Assembly (NCBI GenBank): GCA_038244085.1
Contig: JBBRTX010000004.1
Coordinates: 163,179 to 195,178 of the forward strand
Length of the DNA: 32,000 bases
Source: Bacteroidales bacterium
Lineage (GTDB): Bacteria; Bacteroidota; Bacteroidia; Bacteroidales; FEN-979
Direction: 5' to 3'
Part shown: positions 1 through 10,594 of the stretch, piece after piece
Layout of the letters: the number at the start of each line of letters is the position of its first letter
Numbering within the stretch: position 1 is the first letter of the stretch
The notes under the pieces: generated by a model
What the model saw: the letters and a program-made list of their open reading frames with translations, nothing else
Databases searched by the model: none
What the model was told of the DNA's origin: nothing
Made by a program: the position numbers and the translations under genes

Positions 1-407
1 CGGGGATTGACGATCGATAACCCCTCAACGGCAGAAACAATGGTGATGGCAGGTGTAATGATCCCATCAGCGAGCAAGGTACATCCGCCGATGATTGCAA
101 AGATGAAAGCCCATTTTGCCCGCTTACGGATCAGTGCAAAAAGTGCAAAAATCCCGCCTTCACCCTTATTATCGGCCCGGATTGTAAGAAAGATATACTT
201 GATGGTGGTTTGAAGGGTAAGGGTCCACACGATGCAGGATAGTCCCCCGATGATAAACAATTCGGAGATGGTATCCGCCCCGCCCATAATGGCACGCATT
301 ACATATAGCGGTGACGTGCCGATATCGCCATAAACAATTCCCAGCGTGATCAGCATCCCCGCCGCAGAAAGATTATTGATCTGGCCCTTATTTAAGTTAT
401 GCCTCAT
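1..407 (-). CDS. kup: Kup-family potassium uptake transporter, N-terminal part (truncated by window edge)
   Basis: Reverse-strand reading from ATG at 405-407 gives [30 protein letters not shown]... and ...[18 protein letters not shown]...[21 protein letters not shown], hallmark Kup motifs. The frame is open to the window edge and overlaps the next gene by 11 bp. Confidence 0.9.
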   Translation of the reverse strand, partial: MRHNLNKGQINNLSAAGMLITLGIVYGDIGTSPLYVMRAIMGGADTISELFIIGGLSCIVWTLTLQTTIKYIFLTIRADNKGEGGIFALFALIRKRAKWAFIFAIIGGCTLLADGIITPAITIVSAVEGLSIVNP

Positions 408-1059
408 CTTTCTCTTTACTGGAACTGAAATAGTTTCGGATCAATGCAACAAGCATCGGTAATAATGAAATGAAAATAATCAGCAGGATCGCGATGGAGA
501 AGTTTTCTTTTACTACAGTCAGATTTCCAAAAAAGTAACCCGCGAGGGTAAAAAGCGTCACCCAGAGCACATTTCCTGCAAAACTAAACGCCAGGAACCG
601 GTGATACTTCATAATCCCGATTCCGGCAACGAAAGGGGCAAAGGTCCGCAAAATGGGCATAAACCGGGCAATAATCAGGGTTTTCCCTCCATGCTTTTCA
701 TAAAACTTATGGGTCTTGATCAGGTACTCCTTTTTGATAAGTCTGTAATTCCGGTCGTATACCTTTGACCCCAGAAAATGCCCGATGAAGTAATTGGTGT
801 TATCGCCAATAAAAGCAGCTGATATCAATAAGGGAATGACAAACCAGATGCTCAGTGGCTGATTTGTCATCGCCGCGACGGTTCCTGTGGCAAACAGGAG
901 GGAATCTCCGGGGAGAAAAGGCGTAACCACCAGACCGGTTTCGCAGAAAATGATGATGAAAAGGAGCAAGTAGGTCCATGTCCGGTAATCGGTAACCCAT
1001 TGCTGGAGATAAACGTCGATGTGCAGGAGAAAATCAAAAAAAGTTCGAAGCAGTTCCAT
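397..1059 (-). CDS. DedA family membrane protein
   Basis: 220-aa ORF with [26 protein letters not shown] and a [13 protein letters not shown]-type motif typical of DedA/SNARE-associated proteins. Confidence 0.9.
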   Translation of the reverse strand: MELLRTFFDFLLHIDVYLQQWVTDYRTWTYLLLFIIIFCETGLVVTPFLPGDSLLFATGTVAAMTNQPLSIWFVIPLLISAAFIGDNTNYFIGHFLGSKVYDRNYRLIKKEYLIKTHKFYEKHGGKTLIIARFMPILRTFAPFVAGIGIMKYHRFLAFSFAGNVLWVTLFTLAGYFFGNLTVVKENFSIAILLIIFISLLPMLVALIRNYFSSSKEKDEA

Positions 1060-1090
1060 GATTAGCCAAAATATGAAAAGTCGCGCAAAT

Positions 1091-2359
1091 CTACATTTTT
1101 ATTTCAGAACTTGTTCTGATTCGTATTCGTAGTTGCTTTTTATCGATCACAAAAAAGGCTCTTTTCAGAAAGAAAGGAGTAAGGACGGTTGTGAGGAGAG
1201 CCATGAGCACAAGACTTGAGAATACCGATATCGAAATAAATCCTTTCTGAAGCGCAACATTGGAAATTACGAGTTCCATGATCCCTCTTGCATTCAATCC
1301 GAGCCCCAGCGCAATGGATTTTGAATCATCCATACCGGCCAGTCGCCCGCCGAGGTATCCTCCCAGGATCTTACTGATAAAAGAAACGATCAGGATGGTG
1401 ATGAGAAGCGGAAAATCGCTGAGTGAAGTCAGGTTGAAGGCCATCCCGATGGACGCGAAAAAGATTGGTGCCAAAAAACCCATGGTAATGCCGGAAGTTG
1501 AATTTTTCACTTTATCAAAACTGCCCGTGGCAAACATCGTTCTTGGAATGAGGATGGCACCGAAAAATGCCCCGATGATGAAATGCAGTCCCACCCACTC
1601 AGCAATACTGGCAAAGGCAAGAACAAACACGATTACCAGTGCAAACAGGGATTCCTTCCCCTTCATATAAAGCAGGAATTTGTTGAAATAGGGGTTAATC
1701 ACTTTCACCCTCGCCTTTGCTTGTTTGAAAAGTTTATATGCAATGATCAGAAAACCCATGAACAACATCACTTTGATCAATGACCAGGATGTGGATATGA
1801 CCAGGTCTTTTAATTTTACAGATTCCTGGGAGAAATTCAGGATCACTCCAAGCACAAGTAATGACAATACATCATTGAAAATGGCCGCAGAGATGATCCG
1901 CTGACCCACATCGGAATTGAGTTTGCCCAGATCCATCAGGATCCGGATGCTGACGGGTAATGCCGTGATAGCTATGCAAAGCCCGAGAATAATGCTGAAA
2001 GTGGTATTGAAATCGAAAAGATAACCAATGCTGGTTCCACTGATAAAAGGAATGACAAACCCAAGAAGCGCGATCATACCATTTCTCCCGCGGACTGAAT
2101 TACGGATCTCTTCCACCTCGATCTCCATCCCAGCCAGCACGATCAGGAAAAAAACACCAAGGTCAGCGAGAACACTCAGATTGCCGGTAACATGGATGAG
2201 GTTCAGTACCGAAGGACCCAGCAAGATCCCTGCAAGAACTTCCCCAATCATGGAGGGTTGACCGAACCGCTCCAGTACCTCTCCCATTACTTTCGCCGAG
2301 ACGAGTACGATCAGTAAAGTTACGATGAAGGGAATCTCAGGAGCAGTGTGCAGGAACAT
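1091..2359 (-). CDS. cation:proton antiporter (CPA2/KefB-like)
   Basis: 422-aa multi-pass ORF; GEVLAGILLGPSVL, FFLIVLAGMEIE, LGLGLNARGIMELVI motifs. Confidence 0.88.
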   Translation of the reverse strand: MFLHTAPEIPFIVTLLIVLVSAKVMGEVLERFGQPSMIGEVLAGILLGPSVLNLIHVTGNLSVLADLGVFFLIVLAGMEIEVEEIRNSVRGRNGMIALLGFVIPFISGTSIGYLFDFNTTFSIILGLCIAITALPVSIRILMDLGKLNSDVGQRIISAAIFNDVLSLLVLGVILNFSQESVKLKDLVISTSWSLIKVMLFMGFLIIAYKLFKQAKARVKVINPYFNKFLLYMKGKESLFALVIVFVLAFASIAEWVGLHFIIGAFFGAILIPRTMFATGSFDKVKNSTSGITMGFLAPIFFASIGMAFNLTSLSDFPLLITILIVSFISKILGGYLGGRLAGMDDSKSIALGLGLNARGIMELVISNVALQKGFISISVFSSLVLMALLTTVLTPFFLKRAFFVIDKKQLRIRIRTSSEIKM

Positions 2360-2380
2360 GGTCTCTACGATACTTTAATA

Positions 2381-2388
2381 CAAAATTA
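2381..2388 (-). promoter_or_regulatory. possible Bacteroidota -7 element (TAATTTTG, TAnnTTTG-type) for the antiporter gene
   Basis: The reverse complement of CAAAATTA lies about 22 nt upstream of the ATG. No convincing -33 TTG element at the expected spacing. Confidence 0.25.
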
Positions 2389-2489
2389 AATCTTTTTATT
2401 CAGCTATACGGAAAACGGTTAATTTTGTTGCATTCCCGTTCACTCAACTTTTATTACTGGCGGTACATCACTGTTTATAGCCTAAATCA

Positions 2490-3071
2490 TTGAATACACT
2501 AATCCAATTTGGCCCTATTACAACCACAGGAACTGAACTGATCGCCGTCCTCTTCGGATTGCTCAGCGTCTGGTTCATGAAAAAGGAAAAGATCCTGGTC
2601 TTCCCTTTCGGCATCATCAACGTACTGATGTATGCATACATCTGTTACATCACCGGGCTCTATGCATACGCATCGATCAATATTTTTTATTTTGTGATGA
2701 GCGCCTACGGATGGTACAACTGGACGAGGAAAAAAGAAGATTCCCTGAAAATTACCCGCTGTTCATTAAAGGAACGTTTGTTCTATTCAGGATTAATCAT
2801 CATATTCTTTTTTATTCTTTGGTTTCTGCTCGTCCGTTTCACCGACAGCACGGTGCCTGTATGGGATGCCCTCACTACTGCCATCTATATCGTAGGTATG
2901 TGGTTACTGGCCAGGAAGAAAATTGAAAACTGGATACTCTGGATCGCCGGAGATACCATTTCGATATTCCTCTTCGGTTATGAGCTGTTGTACTTCAGCA
3001 GTCTGCAATTTCTCCTGTTTACAATAATTGCTGTTTTTGGATTTCTGGAATGGAAAAGGAAAATCGGATGA
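2490..3071 (+). CDS. pnuC: PnuC-family nicotinamide riboside transporter
   Basis: 193-aa ORF; ISxxPxG-like FPFGIINVLMYAYI...YASINIFYFVMSAYGWYNW...AIYIVGMWLLARKKIENWILWIAGD. The listed start codon is TTG; the downstream gene is a NadR-like kinase. Confidence 0.87.
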   Translation: MNTLIQFGPITTTGTELIAVLFGLLSVWFMKKEKILVFPFGIINVLMYAYICYITGLYAYASINIFYFVMSAYGWYNWTRKKEDSLKITRCSLKERLFYSGLIIIFFFILWFLLVRFTDSTVPVWDALTTAIYIVGMWLLARKKIENWILWIAGDTISIFLFGYELLYFSSLQFLLFTIIAVFGFLEWKRKIG

Positions 3072-3595
3072 GCTCAATCAGAAAGATTGCAATAACAGGA
3101 CCGGAATCAACGGGTAAATCTATGCTTACTCGCGACCTGGCTGCCCATTTTCATACTACCTTTGTCGCGGAATATGCCCGGGAATATATTGCTTCACTTG
3201 ATCGGCCCTATAATCAAAATGATATCCTTGAGATTGCCATGGGCCAACTTTCTAACGAACACCGGCTGGAGAAAACCGCCAGTGAAATCTTCTTTTGCGA
3301 TACGGAACTGATTGTCACCAAGATATGGAGTGAAGTACGGTATGGTTCCTGTAATCCGTGGATTTTGGAAAACATTTTTGCCGGTGATTATGACCTTTAC
3401 CTGCTTTGTTATATTGATCTTCCCTGGGAAGCAGATCCGCAGCGGGAACATCCGCACATGCGGCAGGAACTCTTCAACCTTTATCATGAAGAATTAAAGA
3501 AGCGGGAACTGCCCTTTGCGATTGTCCGGGGATTGGATGGCGAAAGATTGGATAATGCGATTCAGGCGATCAGATCGCATGGATTGATCCCCTGA
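3068..3595 (+). CDS. NadR-like AAA/P-loop nicotinamide riboside kinase
   Basis: ITGPESTGKSMLTRDLAAHF (P-loop) and VAEYAREY. The likely start ATG at 3068 overlaps the pnuC stop as ATGA, indicating translational coupling. The longer ORF starts at 3050. Confidence 0.87.
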   Translation: MSSIRKIAITGPESTGKSMLTRDLAAHFHTTFVAEYAREYIASLDRPYNQNDILEIAMGQLSNEHRLEKTASEIFFCDTELIVTKIWSEVRYGSCNPWILENIFAGDYDLYLLCYIDLPWEADPQREHPHMRQELFNLYHEELKKRELPFAIVRGLDGERLDNAIQAIRSHGLIP

Positions 3596-3653
3596 TCAAT
3601 AAAAGTTCTTTAAAAATGTTACATTTATTGTCCAAATACAAACCGCTACCCTG

Positions 3654-4829
3654 ATGTCGAACCGCCTGAAAATCCTGTTTCTTCCCCGTTGGTATCCGAA
3701 CCGGTTCGATCCGATGCCGGGACTGTTTTTCCAGCGTCAGGCTGAGGTTCTTGTCGATTCCTGCGAAGTGGCCGTTCTTTCCGTTCACCCGGGGAAAGAC
3801 GTTCCCAACAGATATGAACTGGATATGGCATGGGAAAACGGAGTGTTTGCGGTTCGCGTCTATTACCGGATACCCAAAAAAGAGATTCCGGTTCTCGGCC
3901 GGATCCTGAAAATTTATCGGTACTACAAGGCAAATGCTATTGGAATGAAGATGTTGCGCACCTATAAAGCCGACATTGTCCATGTGCATGTCCTGACCCG
4001 CACGGGAGTTATTGCCCTGATCAATAAAATCAGGAACAAGACTCCTTACATTGTTTCTGAACACTGGTCGAGATACTTTCCTGAAAACAAAAGCTACAAT
4101 GGCTGGTTCAGGAAATTCCTCACAAGGATCGTGGTGAAAAAGGCCGGAGCGGTCATCGCAGTATCGGCAAAACTGAAAGAAGCCATGCAGGCATATCGCC
4201 TGGATAACCGTCATTTCGAAATCATCCCAAACCTGGTCGAGGTGGATAAATTTGTTCCTTCTGTAAATAAGGCATTGCCAGACACGCGGAGGGTGGTTCA
4301 TATCAGCTGTTTTGATGACAGATCCAAGAACATCACCGGGTTTTTACGAGCCATCAAAAAAGTTACAGAAATAAAATCTGATTTTATCTGCGACATGATC
4401 GGCGAGGGCCCTGATTTTGAAAAGTGCAGAAGTTATGCTTATTCACTGGGTTTGAGAGATGTAGTTATTTTTAAAGGACTTCAAACAGACGGAGCCTTGA
4501 TTTCATTGTTGAATACGGCTGATTTTCTTGTTCAGTCCAGCAATTTTGAAACTTTCGGAACTAGCATTATTGAGAGCCTGGCCTGCGGTGTCCCTGTGGT
4601 GTCAACCCGGGTGGGAATTGCAACAGAGGTAATTCATACGGTCAACGGAATCCTGGTAGCGCCCCGGGATGAAGAAGCCATGGCTGCAGCCATCGTGGAG
4701 ATGTTGGGTATTTGCAGGCAATTTGATCATGAAATCATCCGGGAAGAGATCGTTTCAACATTCAACTCCGCTACGGTGACCAGCCGTCTGATTGAAATCT
4801 ATCAACAAGTGTTGGGAATAGAAAAATAA
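3654..4829 (+). CDS. glycosyltransferase family 4 protein
   Basis: 391-aa ORF; LFLPRWYPNRFDPMPGLFFQRQ, ISCFDDRSKNITGFLRAI, ESNFETFGTSIIESLACGVPVVSTRVGIATEVI. Confidence 0.9.
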   Translation: MSNRLKILFLPRWYPNRFDPMPGLFFQRQAEVLVDSCEVAVLSVHPGKDVPNRYELDMAWENGVFAVRVYYRIPKKEIPVLGRILKIYRYYKANAIGMKMLRTYKADIVHVHVLTRTGVIALINKIRNKTPYIVSEHWSRYFPENKSYNGWFRKFLTRIVVKKAGAVIAVSAKLKEAMQAYRLDNRHFEIIPNLVEVDKFVPSVNKALPDTRRVVHISCFDDRSKNITGFLRAIKKVTEIKSDFICDMIGEGPDFEKCRSYAYSLGLRDVVIFKGLQTDGALISLLNTADFLVQSSNFETFGTSIIESLACGVPVVSTRVGIATEVIHTVNGILVAPRDEEAMAAAIVEMLGICRQFDHEIIREEIVSTFNSATVTSRLIEIYQQVLGIEK

Positions 4830-4849
4830 AATCACCAGAAGGTGATCGT

Positions 4850-6127
4850 ATGGTAAAAAAAATAATAGGTACAATAACCACCCGGGTTCTGATCGGTGTG
4901 CTCACACTCGTCATCGTGCTGGTAAATGCACGCATTCTCGGGAAGGTTGAAATTGGAACCCTCAGCCTGATTATTCTTGCCATTACCATCCTGCAACTGG
5001 TAAGCAGTATTGTTGGTGGCGGTTCCCTGGTCTATCTCGTTCCCAGGGCTCCTTTGCGTAAATTGTTGATTCCGTCTTATTTATGGAGCATCTTGATCGC
5101 CACCGTGGGCACTTTAATAATGAACCTGATTCCTTTCACCCGGGTAGACGGGTTTATGGTGCATGTGGCCTTGTTATCCATGCTGCTCTCTTTCACCAAT
5201 GCGAACCTGATGATCCTCATGGGAAAGGAAAGAATTCGCGAATATAACCTGGTCACTTTCTTTCAAATGGTTGTCCTGTTTGTGGTGCTGTTTTCATTCT
5301 TTTTTATTTTCGGATACCGGGATCTAAAAGCATACCTGTATGGGCTCTATTTTTCATACGGATTCGCGTTGTTGGCCAGTTTTCTTTTGATTCTTCCCGA
5401 AATAAAGAAAGACAAGCCTTCCATTTCAGAAAAAAATATCCTGAAAGAAATGTTTCGCTATGGCGTTACCATGCAGAGTGCAAATGTTTTCCAGTTCCTG
5501 AATTACCGGATGAGTTATTATTTTGTTGATTTTTTCCTGGGAAAAGGGTCCCTGGGGATTTTTTCGGTCGGAACACAATTATCAGAAAGTATCTGGCTGC
5601 TCAGCAAGAGCATTTCCACTGTTCAGTATACACGAATTGCCAACCAGAAGGATCCTCAATACGCAGCCAAGCTGACCCTGACATTTATAAAAATTTCATT
5701 TATCCTTACTTTCATTTCGTTGGCGGCACTTCTGCTGCTGATTCACTGGTTTTTCCCCGTCATTTTTCATCCTGAATTTGCCCCGGTGAAAAATATCATG
5801 CTGATCCTGAGTGTGGGAATTCTCATTTTCTCGGTATCTATCGTTTTGAGTCCCTACTTTTCTGGTATCGGGAAACCGGATCACAATATGTTTTCCTCCG
5901 GATTGGGATTGGTGTTAACCTTGATTTCGGGCTTCATTCTTATCCCTCGTTTGGGCCTGGCAGGAGCCGCGATGACTGCTGTCATTTCTTATGCAACCGC
6001 CACTTTGTATCAGTTTATTGTGTTTCTCCGCCTGTCCGGAATTCTTTTCAGGGATTTTTTGCTGACAGGGTCTGAAATCCGGATGGCATATCGCTTTTTG
6101 TTATCTTTGCAGTATAAAAAACTTTAA
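4850..6127 (+). CDS. oligosaccharide flippase / polysaccharide biosynthesis protein (Wzx/MATE-like)
   Basis: 425-aa ORF with about 12 hydrophobic segments; [37 protein letters not shown]; [23 protein letters not shown]. Confidence 0.82.
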   Translation: MVKKIIGTITTRVLIGVLTLVIVLVNARILGKVEIGTLSLIILAITILQLVSSIVGGGSLVYLVPRAPLRKLLIPSYLWSILIATVGTLIMNLIPFTRVDGFMVHVALLSMLLSFTNANLMILMGKERIREYNLVTFFQMVVLFVVLFSFFFIFGYRDLKAYLYGLYFSYGFALLASFLLILPEIKKDKPSISEKNILKEMFRYGVTMQSANVFQFLNYRMSYYFVDFFLGKGSLGIFSVGTQLSESIWLLSKSISTVQYTRIANQKDPQYAAKLTLTFIKISFILTFISLAALLLLIHWFFPVIFHPEFAPVKNIMLILSVGILIFSVSIVLSPYFSGIGKPDHNMFSSGLGLVLTLISGFILIPRLGLAGAAMTAVISYATATLYQFIVFLRLSGILFRDFLLTGSEIRMAYRFLLSLQYKKL

Positions 6128-6129
6128 GT

Positions 6130-7986
6130 ATGATTGAGCCGGAAGCCTACGATGAAGCGAGCATACGCTCCCTCGACTGGAAAGAGCACATTCGCCTTCG
6201 TCCCGGCATGTATATCGGGAAACTGGGAGATGGTTCTTCCCCCGATGATGGCATTTATGTCCTGATCAAAGAGATTATTGATAATTCCATCGACGAATTT
6301 GTCATGGGATTTGGAAAAACGATTGAAGTCACCATAAAAGACCAACAGGTCATGGTGAGGGATTATGGACGCGGAATGCCTTTAGGAAAAATCGTGGAAT
6401 GTGTTTCCAAGATCAATACCGGTGCAAAATATGATTCCAAGGTTTTTAAAAAAGCCGTAGGGCTCAATGGAGTGGGAGCAAAAGCTGTGAACGGACTCTC
6501 TTCCTGGTTTAAGATCCAGGGTGTCCGGGATGGCATGACGCGGATAGTAGAATTTCGCCGGGGTGAAATCATTAATAACGAGAAAGAAAAACCAACCGAA
6601 CTGCGTTCCGGAACCATTGTGACCTTCGTTCCGGATGAAGAAATCTTTGGTAAATACCATTATATCCCGGAATACGTGCAGAAAATGCTCTGGAATAACG
6701 TATTCCTGAATACCGGCCTGACCATCGTTTTCAATGGTGAAAAATTCCATTCGGACAATGGTCTGCTCGATCTCCTGAACAGTTCCATTGATGCGAAAGT
6801 CCTTTACCCGATCATCCGCTTGAGTGACGGCGATTTCGAGTTCGCCTTTACCCACTGCGAGATGTATGGCGAAGAATATTACTCCTTTGTGAACGGGCAA
6901 CATACAACACAGGGCGGAACCCACCAGGCGGCTTTCCGTGAAGCGCTTGTCAAGACCATCCGCGATTTTTATAAAAAGGATTTCGATACCGGTGATATCC
7001 GTGCATCCCTCGTTGCTGCACTCAGTATAAAAGTGCAGGATCCTGTGTTTGAATCCCAAACGAAAACAAAACTGGGATCACAGAATATTGAACCCGGCGG
7101 ACAAAGCATCCGTAATTATGTGATGGATATCGTGAAAAAGCATCTCGATAACTACCTTCACATGAATTCAGATATTGCAGAAGCCTTGCTGCGAAAAATT
7201 CTTCAATCGGAAAAGGAACGTAAAGAATGGGCCAATATCCGGAAGATCGCCAAGGAAAGCGTGAAGAAGGTCAGCCTCCATAATAAGAAGCTTCGCGATT
7301 GCCGAATCCATTATAACAACCATGACGACCGGAGATATGAATCAACCATTTTCATCACCGAGGGGGATTCGGCCAGCGGATCCATTACCAAATCCAGGGA
7401 TGTAAATACCCAGGCCGTCTTCAGTCTGAAAGGGAAACCGCTCAATTGCTATGGGCTGAGTAAACGGATCGTTTACGAAAATGAAGAATTCAACCTGCTC
7501 CATTCCGCGCTTAACATAGAGGAAGGAATGGAGAACCTTCGTTACAATTATGTTGTGGTTGCCACGGATGCCGATGTCGACGGGATGCATATCCGGTTGT
7601 TGCTTCTGACTTTTTTCCTCCAGTTCTATCCCGACCTGATCCGGAATGGCCATTTGTATATCCTTCAGACACCGCTTTTCAGGGTGAGAAATAAACAGAA
7701 GACGATCTATTGTTATTCGGAAGAAGAAAAGGTCGATGCATTGACAAAGCTGGGGGTAAATCCTGAAATAACCCGTTTCAAAGGACTCGGGGAAATTTCA
7801 CCTGATGAATTCACCCATTTTATTGGTCCGTCTATGCGGTTAGATCCCGTTATACTCTCTAAAAATTCCTCGATTCCTGAAATTCTTGCCTTTTACATGG
7901 GGAAGAACACACCCGATCGGCAAGTGTTCATCATTGAGAATCTGAAAGTTGAGGAAGATGTGGTCCCAGAAACCATTGAAGTCTGA
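6130..7986 (+). CDS. parE: type IIA topoisomerase B subunit, topoisomerase IV ParE-like
   Basis: 618-aa ORF; [71 protein letters not shown]. The ParE versus GyrB assignment is by overall style only. Confidence 0.88.
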   Translation: MIEPEAYDEASIRSLDWKEHIRLRPGMYIGKLGDGSSPDDGIYVLIKEIIDNSIDEFVMGFGKTIEVTIKDQQVMVRDYGRGMPLGKIVECVSKINTGAKYDSKVFKKAVGLNGVGAKAVNGLSSWFKIQGVRDGMTRIVEFRRGEIINNEKEKPTELRSGTIVTFVPDEEIFGKYHYIPEYVQKMLWNNVFLNTGLTIVFNGEKFHSDNGLLDLLNSSIDAKVLYPIIRLSDGDFEFAFTHCEMYGEEYYSFVNGQHTTQGGTHQAAFREALVKTIRDFYKKDFDTGDIRASLVAALSIKVQDPVFESQTKTKLGSQNIEPGGQSIRNYVMDIVKKHLDNYLHMNSDIAEALLRKILQSEKERKEWANIRKIAKESVKKVSLHNKKLRDCRIHYNNHDDRRYESTIFITEGDSASGSITKSRDVNTQAVFSLKGKPLNCYGLSKRIVYENEEFNLLHSALNIEEGMENLRYNYVVVATDADVDGMHIRLLLLTFFLQFYPDLIRNGHLYILQTPLFRVRNKQKTIYCYSEEEKVDALTKLGVNPEITRFKGLGEISPDEFTHFIGPSMRLDPVILSKNSSIPEILAFYMGKNTPDRQVFIIENLKVEEDVVPETIEV

Positions 7987-8568
7987 TTATTCTTTACTTC
8001 TTTTCATGGGCCAGAAATGATGGGTAAAGTGTAAATTGATTTCCCTGCGCCGCATGATGTCCTGAAGCTCAAAAAGCATATCCCTGTTAACCTCTTCAGC
8101 CATGGGAACAACCCATCGCTTGGTTTCGTCGATATATTTCAGGATATAGTTTTTATCGAAAATATCCGAGTGAAGATCGGTCAGATTGGAGATCCGGTCG
8201 GCACATTTCAGCAATTTTGCTCTTTGCGAACCTTTCCTCAGGATCCTTTCAAGAAATTGATCTTTGGTTTCCGATTTTATTCGGGTAACTTCGATCACAA
8301 GGTCGTATACGGCTTTTCCGTCACTATCAAGGTTGATAATCTCTTCGGGTGAAGTACCCTTCGTGTCTTCAAAAAGATCATGGATAAAGGAGGCCTTCAG
8401 TACGACCGGATCCAGGCAGTGATAATCCAGCAGAATGCCGAAAGTGCTGATCGCATGACGAAACTGATTTCCTCCCACAAAACGGTATTTTCCCTGTAAG
8501 GCCGTACTTTTTTGAACGTATGGCGCAAGGATCATTTTTTCGAGTTGCGTTTTTTCAACGTTTTCCAT
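7987..8568 (-). CDS. HD-domain phosphohydrolase, (p)ppGpp hydrolase/SpoT-HD-like
   Basis: GGNQFRHAISTFGILLDY...VVLKASFIHDLFEDT (HD) ...LLKCADRISNLTDL. A start at 8568 (MENVEKTQ...) avoids overlap with the upstream gene; the ORF extends to 8601. Confidence 0.75.
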   Translation of the reverse strand: MENVEKTQLEKMILAPYVQKSTALQGKYRFVGGNQFRHAISTFGILLDYHCLDPVVLKASFIHDLFEDTKGTSPEEIINLDSDGKAVYDLVIEVTRIKSETKDQFLERILRKGSQRAKLLKCADRISNLTDLHSDIFDKNYILKYIDETKRWVVPMAEEVNRDMLFELQDIMRRREINLHFTHHFWPMKRSKE

Positions 8569-8575
8569 AGTTAAA

Positions 8576-10147
8576 TTATTCTGAAGCGTCCTGGTCTTCA
8601 ATTTTTATACCATAAATAGGTTCACGGCTTTTTTGCAAAAGCTGGAAGGCATTTCCCAGTTCCTCCGTGATGTCTGGGGCAATCAGGGCTTCAAATCCTC
8701 TCTGGGAAGCAGCCAGATCTCCAGCCAGGCCATGAAGAAACACGCCAAGGATGCAGGTTTCCAAGGATGTATATCCCTGGGCGAAAAGTCCGGCGAGTAT
8801 ACCCGTCAGCACATCCCCGCTTCCTCCTGTCGCCATACCCGGATTACCGGTTGGATTGAAATAACACCGGCCTTCAGGACTGGTAATGGCTGTATATGCC
8901 CCTTTCTGGATGATATAAACATTGTATTTGAACGAAAGTTCCTTCTGTTTCTCATTTCTTTCATAATCATCGGAAACAGGACCGGCGATTCGTTCAAATT
9001 CCTTTGGATGTGGTGTGAGGATTGACCCGGGAGGGAGAAAAGAGAGCCAGGTCTTGTTTTCAGCCAGGATATTCAGGGCATCTGCATCCAGGATCAGCGG
9101 AATTTTAGAATTCTGGATCAGGAATTTTAGGGAAACTGCCGTTTGATCGGCCTTACCAATCCCGGGACCCACGGCGATGGCTGTATAAATATCCAGTGCC
9201 GGAACCATCGAAAAGATATCTTCGTCTACATCCGGATCAAGCATGATCTCAGGAACGGCAGCTTGAACAATGCCAATGCCTGACCATGGTACGTGGCTGG
9301 TTACCAGTCCTGCACCTGCTCGTGAACAGGCCCGTGCCGACATCACCGCAGCGCCCATTTTTCCTTTGCTGCCGCAAAATAGTAAAGCATGTCCGTAATT
9401 GCCTTTGTGCGAAAATTTCTTTCTGACTTTTAAGATTTCGGATACTTCGCGTCCGGTGAGATAGTGATTTTTTGAAGGAACATTTTCAATAAACTCACGA
9501 CTGAGGCCAATATCCAGCAGCTCCAATTTACCTGCATATACATCATTTTCAGGGAAGAAAAAGGCCAGTTTCGGCGGCAGGAAACTCAGGGTATAATCAG
9601 CACAGATGATGCCTCCCTTCTGGCCGCTCACCGACTGGTCAACCATTAACCCGCTCGGCATATCGATGGAGATAATGATGGCACCTGCTTCATTGATGAA
9701 ACGGATCACCTGCTCATAAACCCCTTTTACCGGCCGGGAGATTCCGCTACCGAAAATCGCATCGATTACGATATCTTTGAGAGGATCGATTTCAGGAAAT
9801 AGGGAATCTTCAGTAAGGATTATAGGGTCATCCGGATGCATTTCCTGGTAACGGTGAAAATTCGTGAGGAAGTCCTGCGATCCCTTTTCAGGATCACCAC
9901 AAATAAAAACATGCACTTCGCGATCATGGTCCTTCAGCCTCATCATCCTTGCAACCGCCAACCCGTCGCCACCGTTATTTCCCGTCCCACAGAAAAAAAG
10001 GATCCGGTTTCCGGGCCTTATATTTTTTTCAAGCCATAAAAAACATCGCCCTGCAGCTCTTTCCATCAGGTTGACGGAAGAAATCGGCTCATGGAGGATG
10101 GTATAAGCATCCGCTTCATGAATTTGCCCGGCAGAAAGTATCTTCAT
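8576..10147 (-). CDS. nnr: bifunctional NAD(P)H-hydrate epimerase / ADP-dependent NAD(P)H-hydrate dehydratase
   Basis: MKILSAGQIHEADAYTI...NLMERAA, FCGTGNNGGDGLAVAR, DAIFGSG, then KFSHKGNYGHALLFCGSKGKMGAAVM, GPGIG, LILDADALN, LTPHPKEF, NPTGNPGMATGGSGDVLTGI. The ORF extends to 10258 but homology begins at MKILSAG (10147). Confidence 0.95.
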   Translation of the reverse strand: MKILSAGQIHEADAYTILHEPISSVNLMERAAGRCFLWLEKNIRPGNRILFFCGTGNNGGDGLAVARMMRLKDHDREVHVFICGDPEKGSQDFLTNFHRYQEMHPDDPIILTEDSLFPEIDPLKDIVIDAIFGSGISRPVKGVYEQVIRFINEAGAIIISIDMPSGLMVDQSVSGQKGGIICADYTLSFLPPKLAFFFPENDVYAGKLELLDIGLSREFIENVPSKNHYLTGREVSEILKVRKKFSHKGNYGHALLFCGSKGKMGAAVMSARACSRAGAGLVTSHVPWSGIGIVQAAVPEIMLDPDVDEDIFSMVPALDIYTAIAVGPGIGKADQTAVSLKFLIQNSKIPLILDADALNILAENKTWLSFLPPGSILTPHPKEFERIAGPVSDDYERNEKQKELSFKYNVYIIQKGAYTAITSPEGRCYFNPTGNPGMATGGSGDVLTGILAGLFAQGYTSLETCILGVFLHGLAGDLAASQRGFEALIAPDITEELGNAFQLLQKSREPIYGIKIEDQDASE

Positions 10148-10152
10148 AATTT

Positions 10153-10521
10153 CTAGTCTATCATCCCCCAAAATGGCATGGTCGCCAGGACACCCAAAAT
10201 GATCAGCAGCACCACTAAGAAAACCACGATTGAAATTACAAGTCCGATGATTGCACAAATCCGGCCCGCCTTAATGTTGTTCAGGGAACTCAATGTGTAT
10301 TTTTCCGGGTTCATCCGGTATAACATCAGGTCTTTAGATGAGAAAGACAAGGTGATGATGCTCAGCACAAAACCAATGATCGAAAACAGGTGCCACCAGC
10401 AAAAAGCGATGGACAGAATGCCAAGGATCAGTACAGTGTTGGCATTGGGCAAGTTATGTTGAGAGAGGAGGGAGTCGAAATTCTGCTTTTCTTGGTTACT
10501 CCTGGTCGGATAATCTTCCAT
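10153..10521 (-). CDS. small membrane protein of the DUF4190 / 'CCC motif' type
   Basis: 122-aa ORF with two TM segments; NANTVLILGILSIAFCWWH...GFVLSIITLSFSSKD...NIKAGRICAIIGLVISI. Confidence 0.7.
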   Translation of the reverse strand: MEDYPTRSNQEKQNFDSLLSQHNLPNANTVLILGILSIAFCWWHLFSIIGFVLSIITLSFSSKDLMLYRMNPEKYTLSSLNNIKAGRICAIIGLVISIVVFLVVLLIILGVLATMPFWGMID

Positions 10522-10594
10522 TGATCAGCGCTTTTAATTAAAGTAAAATTAGTTGTATTTTATTTCCTTTAAAAAAAAATGCTGAAAAAATGCA

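Noticed and set aside
7-213. plus-strand ORF at the left edge
   Set aside because: Antisense to the clearly recognisable Kup transporter reading frame.
2360-2489. possible TPP or other riboswitch upstream of pnuC
   Set aside because: The 130-bp gap lacks recognisable conserved riboswitch core sequences (e.g. the CUGAGA thi-box motif).
3570-4301. 243-aa minus-strand ORF opposite the glycosyltransferase
   Set aside because: It lies wholly within a well-supported glycosyltransferase gene in antisense, has no recognisable motif and looks like a shadow ORF produced by codon bias.
6382-7059. 225-aa minus-strand ORF opposite parE
   Set aside because: Antisense to strongly conserved GHKL/topoisomerase motifs; composition and lack of motifs indicate a shadow ORF.
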